DNA of 64,000 nucleotides, taken from the NCBI GenBank assembly GCA_964016885.1, contig OZ024744.1, positions 95,108,001 to 95,172,000 on the forward strand. The letters run 5' to 3'. The notes under the pieces were generated by a model. That model saw only the letters and a program-made list of their open reading frames with translations. It was not told the origin of the DNA and ran no database searches. The position numbers and the translations under genes are program-made. How positions within the stretch are numbered: the first letter of the stretch is position 1; each line of letters opens with the position of its first letter. Shown in pieces: positions 39,380 to 53,363 of the stretch. The DNA is from Eledone cirrhosa (Eukaryota).

Positions 39380-41772
39380 TGTGTAGTGCTAAATCTAATA
39401 CTATGTAGTTCTAAATCTAATATTGTGTAGTTCTAAATCTAATATTGTGTAGTTCTAAATCTAATACTGTGTAGTTCTAAATCTAATATTGAGTAGTTCT
39501 AAATCTAATACTGTGTAGTTCTAAATCTAATATTGTGTAGTTCTAAATCTAATATTGTGTAGTTCTAAATCTAATATTGTGTAGTTCTAAATCTAATACT
39601 GTGTAGTTCTAAATCTAATATTGTGTAGTTCTAAATATAATTGTTTCTATTTTTGGCACAAGGCCAGCAATTACCCAGTACATTACCAGTACTTTATTTT
39701 ATCGACCCCGTAAGGATGAAAAGCAAAGTTAACCGAGGCAGGATTTGAACTCAGACCGTAAAGGGGCGTAACTCTATGCTTCAAAGCATGGAGTCTGACT
39801 CTCAAACCGATCTGTGTAGTTCTAAATCTAATATTGTGTAGTTCTAAATCTAATACTGTGTAGTTCTAAATATAATACTGTGTAGTTCTAAATCTAATAC
39901 TGTGTAGTTCTAAATCTAATACTGTGTAGTTCTAAATCTAATGTGCAGTTCTAAATCTAATATTGTGTACTTCTAAATCTAATACTGTGTAGTTCTAAAT
40001 CTAATACTGTGTAGTTCTAAGTCTAATACTGTGTAGTTCTAAATCTAATACTGTGTAGTTCTAAATCTAATACTGTGTAGTTCTAAATCTAATACTGTGT
40101 GGTTCTAAATCTAATACTGTGCAGTTCTAAATCTAATACTGTGTAGTTCTAAATCTAATACTGTGTAGTTCTAAATCTAATATTGTGTAGTTCTAAATCT
40201 AATATTGTGTAGTTCTAAATCTAATACTGTGTAGTTCTAAGTCTAATATTGTGTAGTTCTAAGTCTAATACTGTGTAGTTCTAAATCTAATATTGTGTAG
40301 TTCTAAATCTAATACTGTGTAGTTCTAAATCTAATACTGTGTAGTTCTAAGTCTAATACTGTGTAGTTCTAAATCTAATACTGTGTAGTTCTAAATCTAA
40401 TACTGTGTAGTTCTAAATCTAATACTGTGTAATTCTTAATCTAATATTGTGTAGTTCTAAATCTAATACTGTGTAGTTCTAAATCTAATATTGTGTAGTT
40501 CTAAATCTAATATTGTGTAGTTCTAAATCTAATACTGTGTAGTTCTAAATCTAATACTGTGTAGTTCTAAATCTAATATTGTGTAGTTCTAAATCTAATA
40601 CTGTGTAGTTCTAAATCTAATATTGTGTAGCTCTAAATCTAATACTGTGTAGTTCTAAATCTAATACTGTGTAGTCCTAAATCTAATACTGTGTAGTGCT
40701 AAATCTAATACTGTGTAGTTCTAAATCTAATACTGTGTAGTCCTAAATCTAATATTGTGTAGTTATAATTCTAATATTGTGTAGTTCTAAATCTAATACT
40801 GTGTAGTCCTAAATCTAATATTGTGTAGTTCTAAATCTAATACTGTGTAGTTCTAAATCTAATACTGTGTAGTCCTAAATCTAATATTGTGTAGTGCTAA
40901 ATCTAATACTGTGTAGTTCTAAATCTAATACTGTGTAGTCCTAAATCTAATATTGTGTAGTTATAATTCTAATATTGTGTAGTTCTAAATCTAATACTGT
41001 GTAGTTCTAAATCTAATACTGTGTAGTTCTAAATCTAATACTGTGTAGTCCTAAATCTAATATTGTGTAGTTATAATTCTAATATTGTGTAGTTCTAAAT
41101 CTAATACTGTGTAGTCCTAAATCTAATATTGTGTAGTGCTAAATCTAATACTGTGTAGTTCTAAATCTAATACTGTGTAGTCCTAAATCTAATATTGTGT
41201 AGTTATAATTCTAATATTGTGTAGTTCTAAATCTAATACTGTGTAGTTCTAAATCTAATATTGTGTAGTTCTAAATCTAATACTGTATAGTTCTAAATCT
41301 AATACTGTATAGTTCTAAATCTAATATTGTGTAGTTCTAAATCTAATACTGTGTAGTTGTAAATCTAATACTGTGTAGTTCTAAATCTAATACTGTGTAG
41401 TTCTAAATCTAATACTGTGTAGTTCTAAATCTAATATTGTGTAGTTCTAAATCTAATATTGTGTAGTTCTAAATCTAATATTGTGTAGTTCTAAATCTAA
41501 TATTGTGTAGTTCTAAATCTAATACTGTGTAGTTGTAAATCTAATACTGTATAGTGCTAAATCTAATACTGTGTAGTTCTAAATCTAATACTGTGTAGTT
41601 CTAAATCTATTACTGTGTAGTTCTAAATCTAATACTGTGTAGTTCTAAATCTAATATTGTGTAGTTCTAAATCTAATATTGTGTAGTTCTAAATCTATTA
41701 CTGTGTAGTTCTAAATCTAATACTGTGTAGTTCTTAATCTAATACTGTGTAGTTATAAATCTAATACTGTGC
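39380..41772. repeat. 22-bp satellite, ~100 copies, interrupted by a SINE1 at ~39640-39812
   Basis: Unit tgtgtagttctaaatctaata(c/t). Confidence 0.97.
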
Positions 41773-41821
41773 AGTAAGTTTACATGTTTGTGTCAAACAC
41801 TACATATCTCCCATACATGGT

Positions 41822-42150
41822 TGTAGTGACCCCTAGTGGTGAAATCCAGAACTCATGAGAGTTACGTCCCTTGGGGACTGTAGTGACCCCTACAGAAGGA
41901 AATAGAGTTACGTCCCCATGGGGACTATATATATAGAGACAGCGAAAGCACTCTATCTCTTTTCCACTCGCAGCTGCCCTGGAGAACGGAGGCGACTTCA
42001 CCTCCTCCACTTCAGCCTTCACCCACCACACGTGGAATGCAAATACCAGCCTACTCCAGTGAACATGTTAAGAGCAACTCTTTTTACTACCAACAGCCTC
42101 ATGAACCAACCACACCATTCCATCGTCAACCTTCACAACTAGTGGTAATA
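41822..42150 (+). mobile_element. Possible solo LTR
   Basis: Starts TGTAGTG, has internal direct repeats (tgtagtgacccct, gagttacgtccc) and a TATA-like ctatatatata; 3' end and TSD are ambiguous. Confidence 0.3.
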
Positions 42151-44118
42151 TAGTGGTAATATAGTGGTCCTTTCTTTGACTTCAATGAAGGAAACCTTTG
42201 TATGTAAACCATTCTTGTTATTTCTACAACAACAATTATTTGTACTAATACCATTCTTCTAAATGGTAAATGATGGTTAAATGACTTAAAACATTCATAA
42301 AATGTTTAAAATAACCATTACATTACATTACAAATGTTTCTCACTCTCAGAGAATATCCAACACTGGGTCATGGCAACAACTGCCTCAAAGATTTGTGCA
42401 GTTGTAAAATTTCCTTTAAATAAACTTTGATATGATTTATGGCTTCATTTGAGGTAGTGGCTGACTAAGTTTTGTGAAGTTTGTGTTTGGGTCTCTTCTA
42501 CTTGACCCTTTCGTATTCACATTACTTTCGTATTCACATATACTATTATATTTTCACAGAAAAGGCCTTATAACACATAATTATCTCACAAATATAGAAT
42601 CTACAAGATTTTGATATTCATTTTGAGAACAATACCTTAACGTCAGTATGAATGACTAGTTACAACCGGTTTGAACTGACAGAGGTGAGAGAATTCTGGC
42701 CAGATATGGCTGGTTTGAATGCTAAAAGGTTAAATGAGTAACCCTCAATCTTTTACTAATGAAGGTAGGTATATCATAGGATTCTGTTCTGATCCAGTTG
42801 TTCCCAGGATTTTGTGTGTCAATAGCTATGATTTTCAATGCTATACTTGTAGTGCTTTTCAAACCACCGTCTGTTTCTTTTCTTATAGTAAGCTCATAAG
42901 AGAGGCTAGCTTTGTTATGTGTATATTGTTCATGAGGGCGACATGTCTGACTCAGTTGATTTGATTTGTTTGTAACAAAGTAACAAGCAGTAAATGTAAA
43001 TGTTAAAGGGTTAACAATTACATTACTCTATATTTGCTAGTCTATTTTCAGGATAAAGGTTTTTCCTCACATAATTATCTCACATATCAAATCTATGAGA
43101 TTTTGATATTATTTATTTTGAGAACAATAAGGTGGTGGATTGGCAGTATCGGTAGAGCGTCAGACACCATGCTTTGCAGCATAGAGTATGACCCTTTACG
43201 TTCTGAGTTCAGATCCCACTGAGGTTAACTTTGCCTTTCATCCTTACGGGAGTCGATAAAATAAAGCACCAGTAATGTACTGGGATAATTGCTGGCCTTG
43301 TGCCAAAAGTAGAAACAATTATTTATTTTGAGAACAATACTTTGACATCAGTATGAGTGGCCGGTTACAGATGGTTTGAACAGAAAGAGGTGAGAGAATT
43401 TTGGTTGGATATGGCTGGTTTAAATGCTAAAGAGTTAAGCCTGAAGATTTGTGATATAATTTTTTTATAGGCTTAGAAAACCGACCGGAATAAAATTGTA
43501 AAATACCAGGAATTACCAGCAAACTACTTTTATCTTTTGTCTCAGCCTGTGACATTTCGAGACGTTTATGGGAGGTTGGGTTACTGACAGCAAAGTTCTT
43601 GTCATTTTTTAGTGGTTCACTTTACCATGTGTAGTGTGTTGGCTTCCTCAATATTAGAGGGGAACTTCAGCTTCCCTTGGTTTGGAGTGTGATTAAATGT
43701 ACATGTCTTCTCCCACTTTTCTCTCTCTCTCTTTCTCCTTCTTGCTTTCTGTCCCTTTTCTCTCTCTCTCTACCTCTCTCTCTTTTTCTCTTCCCCTCTC
43801 TCTAATATAAATTGTGTTTATATGTAAATATACCATAAAGCAGCAGTCTCAAATTCAAAGGCTCAAAAGGGCCTGTGGGAAAGGCACAGTGAACCAAAAG
43901 TGTGATGAGATGGAGTAGTGGAAATGGGATTTCCACCAGTTATAATGGACAGAGGTTGTGAGAGTTGACCTCAAATCACTGGGACTCACAGAGAAGATGA
44001 CGATGGAGCACAACAAGAGGAATGATGATGTGCTGAGAAGGACCCATCCAACTCATGCAAGCATGGAAAAACGGATGTAAAAATGATGAGGATGATGATG
44101 AGGATGATGATGATTTTC

Positions 44119-44601
44119 TATAGTATTAAATAATTAGCTACCTAGTTTTTGACGTCCACAAAATTGCTTAGTAACAAATTTTACTGATATATATATATAT
44201 ATATATTGGAAAATGTGTGTAATCCTTGGTACAGTTAGGTATATTAAGACAGGGGGGAAGAAAAAAATGGCTTCACTTGTGCTTTCAACAAATTTATTTT
44301 CTTCACAAAATCCCAAAAGAATTTTTTTCCGGATTAGAAAAAATTTTTTAATTTAGAAAAAAAAAAAAAAAAAAAAAAGTATTTTTTATAATCCGGAAAA
44401 AAATTCTTTTTGGATTTTGTGAAGAAAATAAATTTGTTGAAAGCACAAGTGAAGCCATTTTTTTCTTCCCCCTTGTCTTAATATACCTAACTGTACCAAG
44501 GATTACACACATTTTCCAATATATATATATATATATATATCAGTAAAATTTGTTACTAAGCAATTTTGTGGACGTCAAAAACTAGATAGCTAATTATTTA
44601 A

Positions 44602-44608
<7 letters not shown>
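44119..44608. repeat. Long inverted repeat (~215-bp arms, poly-A spacer)
   Basis: ~44119-44336 is the reverse complement of ~44389-44608 with few mismatches; adjacent to (TA)n. Confidence 0.85.
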
Positions 44609-44668
<60 letters not shown>

Positions 44669-45959
44669 TCACTGCTAAACACACTATCTCATGATTTTAC
44701 TATTTTTATCAACAATCTTAATAATAAACACTAATAATTGTTTCTACTTTTGGCACAAGGCCATCAATTATCCCAGTGTATTACTGGTACTTTATTTAAT
44801 CGACCCTGTAAGGATGTAAGGCAAAGTTAACCTCGGCGGGATTTGAACTCAGAATGAAACACTAATAGTGTATTTGAAGTATAACATGTAATATGTAAAT
44901 TATGCAATTGTATAAAAGATAGTTGGATAACATTCACAAGCTTGCCTAGTCATGTTTGGGGATCCAGCTGAATTAGTTGGAGACATTTGCTTCTGACAGG
45001 ACCTGCTGGAAGGAGAGGTTTGAAGACTCTGACCCCACAACCCTCCCAAGAATAATTGGCCAAAGAAGACGTATAAAACCATCGACATAGAAAGAAAAAA
45101 AAACATACACCCTATGGCAGCAGTCTTAAACATGTAGCCCACAAACTACTTTTCTAAGCCCCATAGTAAAACATTAGAAACAGAAATTTGTCCCCCTACA
45201 TTTTGTGCTGATTGACATATAACACTGTCTGTTATATGTGTGTGCATTTTACTAAATAAATGAATAAATAATGCAGGAGACCCAGGAGTAGACCCCATGC
45301 AAGATGGTTGGATAAGATCCATGAGCTGGGCTGGTCATGTTTGGGGATCCAGCTGGATCAGTTAGAGATGGTTGCTTCTGACATGACCCGCTGGAAGGAG
45401 TGTTTGAGGACTCTGCCTCCACAACCCTCTCAGGAATAAGTGGGCGAAGAAGACGTATAAAACCACCTCCGATCAACACTTTCACTTATATTTTTTGTTG
45501 TGTTTATTAGTTGATTTTTGTGTCAATTAAAAAAACGAAAAACAAACAAACAGAACAACCAAGTTGTGAATTGAGAAAAATGGTTATGATTGTACATGTA
45601 TAAAGCACAATCTACTCCAGCAGAACTTCCGTTACAGTTTGGAGATTAGAGGAGCTTAAGTATATATACCCTATGTGTATTATTATTATTAGCTCATGCT
45701 TTTTTATCACCAATATGAGATTAACCCTTTAACATTTACATTACTCTATATATACTATTGTATTTTCATGGTAAAGGTTTTATCTCACATAATATTGAAT
45801 CTATGAGATTTTGATGTTATTTATTTTGAGAACAATACCTTAACATAAGTATCAGCTGCCAGTTACAGCCAGTTTGAATAGAAAGAGGTGAGATAATTTT
45901 GGCTGGATATGGCCAGTTTAAATTTTTTAACAAACAAAACTTTAAGACAAGTTTCCATA

Positions 45960-47030
45960 TTGCTGAAGGTGCTTAAACCCCAAAATCTCCATAGCACCGG
46001 AAGGGTTGTCTAGCCATATTTTCAATGAAGTCCTCTCCAAGATGGCAAAATCTGATGTGTCCAATGAACTGGGCTCAGCTCCGGTTGGTTGAACTGACGA
46101 AGGCCTCTTCATTCCTCAGTATACAGAAGTCCAACATAACTGTGATGACATGAAATGCAGGTCTACCTTTAGGCAAATTGAGTCCTCCTTGGACTCACAC
46201 TGTTTTGGCTGCCTCCAATTCCCCTTGCAACCAAACAACAGCATGTGGCACAATTCAGAGCCCTTCGTATAAACCGTTTCCCTTCTTGATGATGAATACA
46301 CTCACATTAGAGTAGCCCAACACTTCAGCCTTCGTGTGTGTTAGCCACTGTGAACACAAATGCCACTGTGAAGCTGTTGTTGAGTTTGGCCTGCACTCAC
46401 TATTATGGTGCCATAGTGGAAGCTTGTTCCCCTGACAAACTGCTCTGAACGACATCATCAAAAGGAGTCTTGACACAGCTGGCTTCCCATCACAACTGGA
46501 GCCAACAGGCTTCGAACATGGTAATGGTAAGCACCCCAACAGAATAACCCTCTTCTCATTCAAGGGAGGTAAATCCCCAATCTGGGACGCTATGTGTTGC
46601 GATGTGTTCTCTATCTCCAGTCTTGGTGTTTCGGCTGCAAATCCAAGCACTGCCACCCACAATGCAGAAGAGAGTAAGATAACTAAATATCGGAGCTTGA
46701 TTGACTGCTTTTTTCTTGTACCAGTTACCATCGAGACCTCTGGTGTCTTTCGTTCCTGCATTGCTGATTTCCTTTGTAAAATCGGAAAGACAGAGGCTTA
46801 CCCGAAGAAGGAACCCTGTGAGGTGAAGTAGCTGTTGAAGCAGATGTCGCTGACCATTCTCTGTGGCAAACCTTTGCCATTTTATCCCCGGGGCATAGAC
46901 TAGTGTGTAGAGCATGTTGCCCCCTTTTTGTCTTATTTTTTTAATTTCCTCTTTTTTTTTTTTGTATCCTTATTACTACTAGATATTTTGTATTGCAATA
47001 AATCAGATTTATTAAATTTGTTAAAAAATA
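45960..47030 (+). mobile_element. Decayed CRE-like (REL) LINE 3' portion (related fragments ~49150-49800 and ~19228-19530)
   Basis: ALNDIIKRSLDTAGFPSQLEPTG, WD(A/V)T, PVTIETSG and WLFQRISLAITRGNAASVL motifs. Confidence 0.75.
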
Positions 47031-47439
47031 AGAAAAATTAATAGTGACTTTAATTTCGTACACTTCTCATCTTGTAGCTCCCTCAAACTAGTTTTTTTAG
47101 GGAATCGATATATTTACATCATATTTTAAACCTTTTTTTTGTATGTGTGTGCGAAATAATTATCAATCTGATATTTTGGTCAGACAAAATTCCAGACACT
47201 TTTGGTTTGCTTTCTAATATTTTAATGTGTCAACCAACAGTAAATATATTTAAAAGGTTCAACTTGTGACAATTATAGCATCACACGAACCAACGTGGTC
47301 ATTCGACCTACTAAAAGTAGCAACCAAATTCTCCCTCACACTGTCGTATATTGTTTAAAAGGAATGAAACGTTTGTATTATGTGGTTGTACATATACAGT
47401 TTTATTTACATAAATTATCAAAAGATTAACAATTCGCAA

Positions 47440-47960
47440 AATCAACCGACAAGATGGTGGGACAACATCCATTAGCTTGGGTGGTCTCGCTTGGGGATCC
47501 AACCGGATCAGTGGAAGAGGGTTGCTTCTGACAGGACCTGTTGGAATGAGTGTTTGAGGACTCTGCCCACATGACCTTAGAAGAAGAAGAAGAAGAAGAA
47601 GAAGAAGAAGAAGAAGAAGAAGAAGAAGAAGAAGAAGAAAGCAAAGAAGAAAGCAAAGAAGAAAGCGAAGAAGAAGAAAGCGAAAAGGAAGAAGAAGAAA
47701 GCGAAAAAGAAGAAGAAAGCGAAAAAGAAGAAGAAGAAAGCAAAGAAGAAGAAAGCGAAGAAGAAGAAGAAAGCGAAAAAGAAGAAGAAGAAGAAAGCGA
47801 AGAAGAAGAAGAAGAAAGCGAAGAAGAAGAAGAAAGCAAAGAAGAAGAAAGCGAAGAAGAAGAAGAAAGCGAAAAAGAAGAAGAAGAAGAAAGCGAAGAA
47901 GAAGAAGAAGAAAGCGAAGAAGAAGAAGAAGAAGAAGAAGACGCCGACGACGACGGACGA
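47440..47960 (+). repeat. Short RTE-type 3' fragment with an expanded (GAA)n/GAAAGC tail (family copies ~44915-45075, ~45273-45460, ~53090-53330)
   Basis: ggggatcca..ggatcagt..gag.tggtt.cttctgacaggacctg.tgga body, then (GAA)n from 47580. Confidence 0.8.
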
Positions 47961-49989
47961 GGAGGCAGAAGGGTGGAACATAAAAAAAACATGAAGGTAT
48001 ACACACTCAATTACACACCACAACTGGGAGGCGAGGCGCTGTAGTTTCCCCTATAATAATTTTTCAGGCAAGCCCACACTCACGAGGGGTGGGGGGTGCG
48101 GGTGATACCGAGATTAAAGATGCTGGAATAACCAAACACTTTCACCAGGAGTATCACCTGATACCCGTGTACGATAAGGTGAGCCCTCTACCAACGACAA
48201 TAAACCTCGTTGTCAGAGGCCCAGCTTTTCTGAAAGGGATGAGATGGGTCGTGATTGGAAGGAATGCCTTTGATCGTTAGTCTGTTTGATCAGAGAACAT
48301 TGTAACATCAACGTTCGTAGTCTTAAAACAGTAGTACAGGTGAACAACAACAAAAACAACAACACTTTTGTCACCTTTCGTTTAATATTTATTGCAATAA
48401 GAGTACACTTACTAAGGGAGATAACTGAAACCTCTTTATGCGACCGTTATCCCACCGCCAACATTACCGACATATTGACCACTGGTCGGCGATATCTTTC
48501 ATATCTCGTCGCTGTTAATAGTGGAATAAAACGTTTTAGATGTATATATTAACCATAATCTAAGAGAATGTCAGGAGCAAATGGAATACAAACTTAGAGC
48601 GGCGTAGACAACAAGAAACAATTAAAGGAGAGTAAAATAATTGTTTCTACTTTTGGCACGAGTAAAATAATGCAAACACAAAATAGAGCACGTGATAAAA
48701 AGCACGAGGCAAAGGTTACATCTATGAGACTTCTCACAAGTAAATAATTTTCTACTTTTTGGCACAAGGCCAGCAATCACTCAGTGCATTACTGGTACCT
48801 TATTTTATCGACCCCCGTAAGGATGAAAGGTAAATTTCGTAAGTACAGGACTCTTCGCATTTTAATCCTTACAATAAAAAGAAAAATCCACAGGATTTAT
48901 TATTATTATTTTGACCCCTAACGTGAAAGCTACGCTTCACTTCGGTTCCAATACTTCAAAGGTATTTGATCCTTTTTTTTATTTTTTACCTTTTCTAAAC
49001 TTTTATTTGACTTTTAAACTTAATAAAAGGTTAGATAAGTAAACCTGCTTTTCGCAGGTAGTGTGGTCGTGTTTGAAGAGACACACACCTCTACGAAGAT
49101 TGTCAAACGGTCAAAATTCGATATTTTTGTTTTCTAACCCTAACCCTCATTCTCAAGAGAGCTTTGGCCCGGGTGAACATCCCCTCAATCCTGGAACCAT
49201 CTGGGTTGTCCAGAAGTGACGGCCTTACTCTGTGTCCCTGGTCGAGGCAGGTGCCTCTGGGACGTCACTGTTAGTGACGCTTTTGTTTCTTCCCACACCC
49301 TGGATGCTGCGGTTAAGGCGAAAGCCACAGCTTCCACGGCCGAGCGGAGCAAGACCCTCAAATACTGTGATCTGTCGGCCAGCTTCATTTTCCAGTCTGG
49401 CTTTCGAGACGTTTGGGGGCGTCGGGCTGCTGACTGCAAGTTTCCCCTCTTCACTGGCGGCTCGTCTAATAGAGGTAACTGGCGAATCTGGCGAGGGCGC
49501 TTGGTTGTTCCAGCGCATCAGCCTCGCCATCACCCGAGGCAACGCTGCGAGTGTGCTGGCTTTCCTAAAAAATCATTAGAGAGGTTGCCCAGTACTCGCG
49601 ACGTTGCTGTCTTTTACTCGGGTGTTGGCTCGGTTGTTCACCCCTTCCTTTATATTTTCTTTAATATTGCAACATTAAAGGAATATATCCTTCTGGAAGA
49701 ATCGCGAGCAATTTATAATGTTATTTAAGCATTTGTAATGTTATCCATGTATATATTTAAAACATATTTATGTTATTCTACTGTAAATTTATTTATATGC
49801 TTTGTATATATTGTTATTGTCTGTGTAAAAACATAAGTATGGAGTCTCCGTCATCACGAAGTCTCTCCCTAAATATTAACAAAGAGGGAAAGTGAGAAAA
49901 TGGAGGCTATCGTCTGGCAACAAAAATACGATAAATAAAATAAAAAAGGATCAAAAACGTATTTATACTGTTGTAAAGAACACAAAAAA

Positions 49990-52980
49990 TTGTGCGAAAT
50001 TTTAATAACAACAACACAAGCTACAACAACAGCATCACTAACACCGACAGTGAAATTGAAGGGTGTGTGAACCAGAGCAACATCATTAACCTAACCCTTT
50101 TCCAGGAGCAAATTGGAGAACTGCACCACCACCACCACCATCATCAGCAGCAAGGGCCAAGAAAATAAAACCTGTAGCAGCAGCAGCAACAATACATTTA
50201 CAACCACAGCTGCAAAATCGCAGGAACTTTTTCAGTTTGAAATATCGGAAAAAGAAGCATGTTTGCCCCAGGCAGCCAAACTAATAAACAGGGAGAAAAT
50301 CTGGGCCAACCTAAGAGTTGCAACCAAGGCGAAGGCAGTACACAGAGAGAACATTCAAATATAGAATCATTTCAACCCGGCCCTTTCTAGAAAATACTGT
50401 GGTCGCCTGTAAAACGGATCAAATAATTATGTACCTGTGTTACTTGGGTGAAGGTCTGCATCCCCAGTATTGGACATCTGGTGGATGTGTAGCAGTGGAG
50501 GGTAGCGATACCTTCATTGAAAATGACCCAGACAGAAAACTGGAATGAGATGGGTTTGGAGATTTCTGCTCAGAATCAAACCTGATGACAAAGAAAATCC
50601 TGGATCATGTTCATCTTCTAGACGGGTTGGAGATGCAAGTTGTCACTGTGGGCAAAAGCCCACACCTACAAGCCTTCTATCCTAAGCTAAATATGGCAGG
50701 GAGCCACTGAGCCCCGTTGCTACCAATGCTAGGGCCTCAACAGCAAACATCAACAATTGCAGCACCAACACCACCACCGACAGCAACTCAACCATCAACT
50801 TCAGAAAAACCACCCAAGAAGAGCATGAGAAAAGCTCTCCGTCTCCTCAAAATACCAAAACACAAACACAAACTCAGTCCCACTAAAATTCGAAACGGAC
50901 ACCAGAACCTCTTCATCTTGAAGATAAGGTGAAATCCCAAAGACTAAAAAAACAAAAATGAAAACACAAGAAAAAAATACCTGACATCACACCGATTCAC
51001 ATAACAAAGCGCAGGCACATCCACAACAAATCAAATTCCGCCAACCTACCACAGCTATCACCAGAAGTACAACCAACCAAACACACACTACCACAACAAT
51101 CAACCGCACAGGCACCAAACTTTATGCTTGTAAGAAAGGCTAACAAAGAACTAATGGCCTGAAGCAAAGAGAGTGGGAGAGATCTTTGCCACCGGCACAT
51201 TCAAAGTGCTACAGACTATAATGATGGTGCATATGCACCTGAAACTTATAAAACCTAGTGTAAGAGCCTCGAGTAGGCTTTTAAAGGGGTTCCCAAAAGA
51301 AACCATACCAATTATGGAGGTTAAACCACCTAGATCAACCATCCTTCCAACACACAATTAAGGTAAATGGTCCTTCTCACTCAGAATAGACAGTATAAAT
51401 GCATGTGGTTTGGAGTCATCTTGGAAGTAAGGCCACTTGCTCAATGACCTCAGGTCACTGAACATAGATGTGCTGGCCATCATTGAGACCAGAATTTCTG
51501 AGGCAGAGATATCATGCCCATTTTCAGAGGCTATGAGGTGTATGCATCTCCAAGTTGTCCAGTATCTGAAGGTGGAATCGCTGTGTTGTTCCAAAAAGAC
51601 TTAGATTTCATGAAATGGACCATCTTCCTGGACCCAGGTTATTCGGTGGTGCTGGATGTGACCATCAGCGAAGGGAATGCTTTCAGGCTAGTTGCTGCCT
51701 ATGCCCGAACAGGGGCAAGATGGCCTGATTTCTTCCACTCTTTAGTGTTATTGGGCAACTGAAATGGTATTTTAGATGCATGTTTCAATTGTGTGTGGGA
51801 TTAGCAGATAAGGAAGGGAGTGTAAAAGCCTTGAAAACTAACTCAGGCATTTCCAATTGTCTGACAGGTTCCCAAATATGCCAATGTGAATATTGACAAA
51901 CCGCACTGGGTCATCCAGATAGGGTATTTTGCATGGAAGTAGATAAGGCTAGCATAAGCTGACCACAATTCAAAGTAGCTGCCTACACAGACCACAAATT
52001 TGTGATCTATACAGTTGACTGGAAGCTGAATGGATTAGTGAGTTAAGCAAGCATTGACTGAGGTAATTGTTAACAACAACTGGTAGTTTACTCTGAAAAG
52101 AGCGATTAGAGTAGAATCAATACGGTTTAGTAAAAGAGTAGCGATAGAGAAAATTAGACTAGATGGTAAGCTAGTTAGAAAGCAAAGAGTTTTTTAGGAA
52201 AGGTAATGCAATTGACATGCTTGCTGTGAGATTGGCTCCCGACTACTTCTTCAACACAAAGCATGAAGGCTGTATTATTAGAGCTATGGTATGTGCTCTT
52301 CGACACGAGTGGACAAAAGCCGTTCAATTGGGCCTGAATGGCGGAAGCACAGCATGGCAACAAAGCCACAATTTTTTGCCTGCCACAGTGGGTGAATCTT
52401 ACTTGATCCCAAGTGGATGTGTGTGGCTTCTCAGCAGCACTACGCTCAACTGTTGGAGTGCAGTGGTGGGTCAGATCTCGCAAGATGGACTGTTGCAGAG
52501 TATTCCATTCAGACCAGGACATCAAAGGGCTGTGTTGGCATATACCGATGACACCACTGTGATGGTGTCAAATATCTCGGAAATCAAGGAGGTCAGTAAC
52601 TTCTCAGAGGAGTAAAAAATGTTGACCAGAGCAATGGCAGCATCTGTACTGACACCTGAGGAAATGACCAAATCAGTTGCACCTGTAACTGCAACCTCCT
52701 CAACATCAACAATGGAATCTCCCAAGTCCAAACTAACATCCGTCCAAAATTCTGAATTTCCGTACATGTCCTGTAACAACGGGGAACAAAATGATGGGGA
52801 ATGGTAAACTTTCTCCAAAAGGAAGAGAAAACAAGAAAAAAAGATCAAACACTGCCCATACCAAAAGTGGACAGAAGAAAAATAAAAACCATGAAGCACG
52901 CAGAAACACCAACTTCACCACCACCATCAGCAACAACAAAGGGAAACACAACCCAATGTGCACCTGCACCAACAACACTA
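49990..52980 (+). mobile_element. Heavily decayed Tx1/L1-like LINE
   Basis: APE remnants (IETRI, GGIAVLF, RLVAAYA, DHK) and an AYTDD RT remnant; similar to the 29626-33165 element. Confidence 0.65.
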
Positions 52981-53056
52981 CAGGGTGTCCTAAAAAATGT
53001 ATACACACTTCAACAGCATTCTAATGAGTGTGTGTGTGTACTTCTTTTTGGGACAT

Positions 53057-53092
<36 letters not shown>

Positions 53093-53325
53093 GTTAGAAT
53101 GTCTCAGGAAAGAATCGCTGAACAGATTTTATGGGCAAAACCAGCTGGCAGGAGACCCAGGAGTAGACCCCGAGCAAGATAGTTGGATAATATCCATGCG
53201 CTTAGCTGGTCTCGCTTGGGGATCCAACAGGATCAGTTGGAGATGGTTACTTCTGACAGGACCTGCTGGAAGGAGTGTTTGAGGACTCTCCTCCACGACC
53301 CTCTCAAGAATAAGTGGGCAAAGAA

Positions 53326-53363
<38 letters not shown>

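Noticed and set aside
47550-48044. Glu-rich ORF and the Ser/Phe/Leu-rich antisense ORFs
   Set aside because: Expanded (GAA)n tail of an RTE-type fragment.
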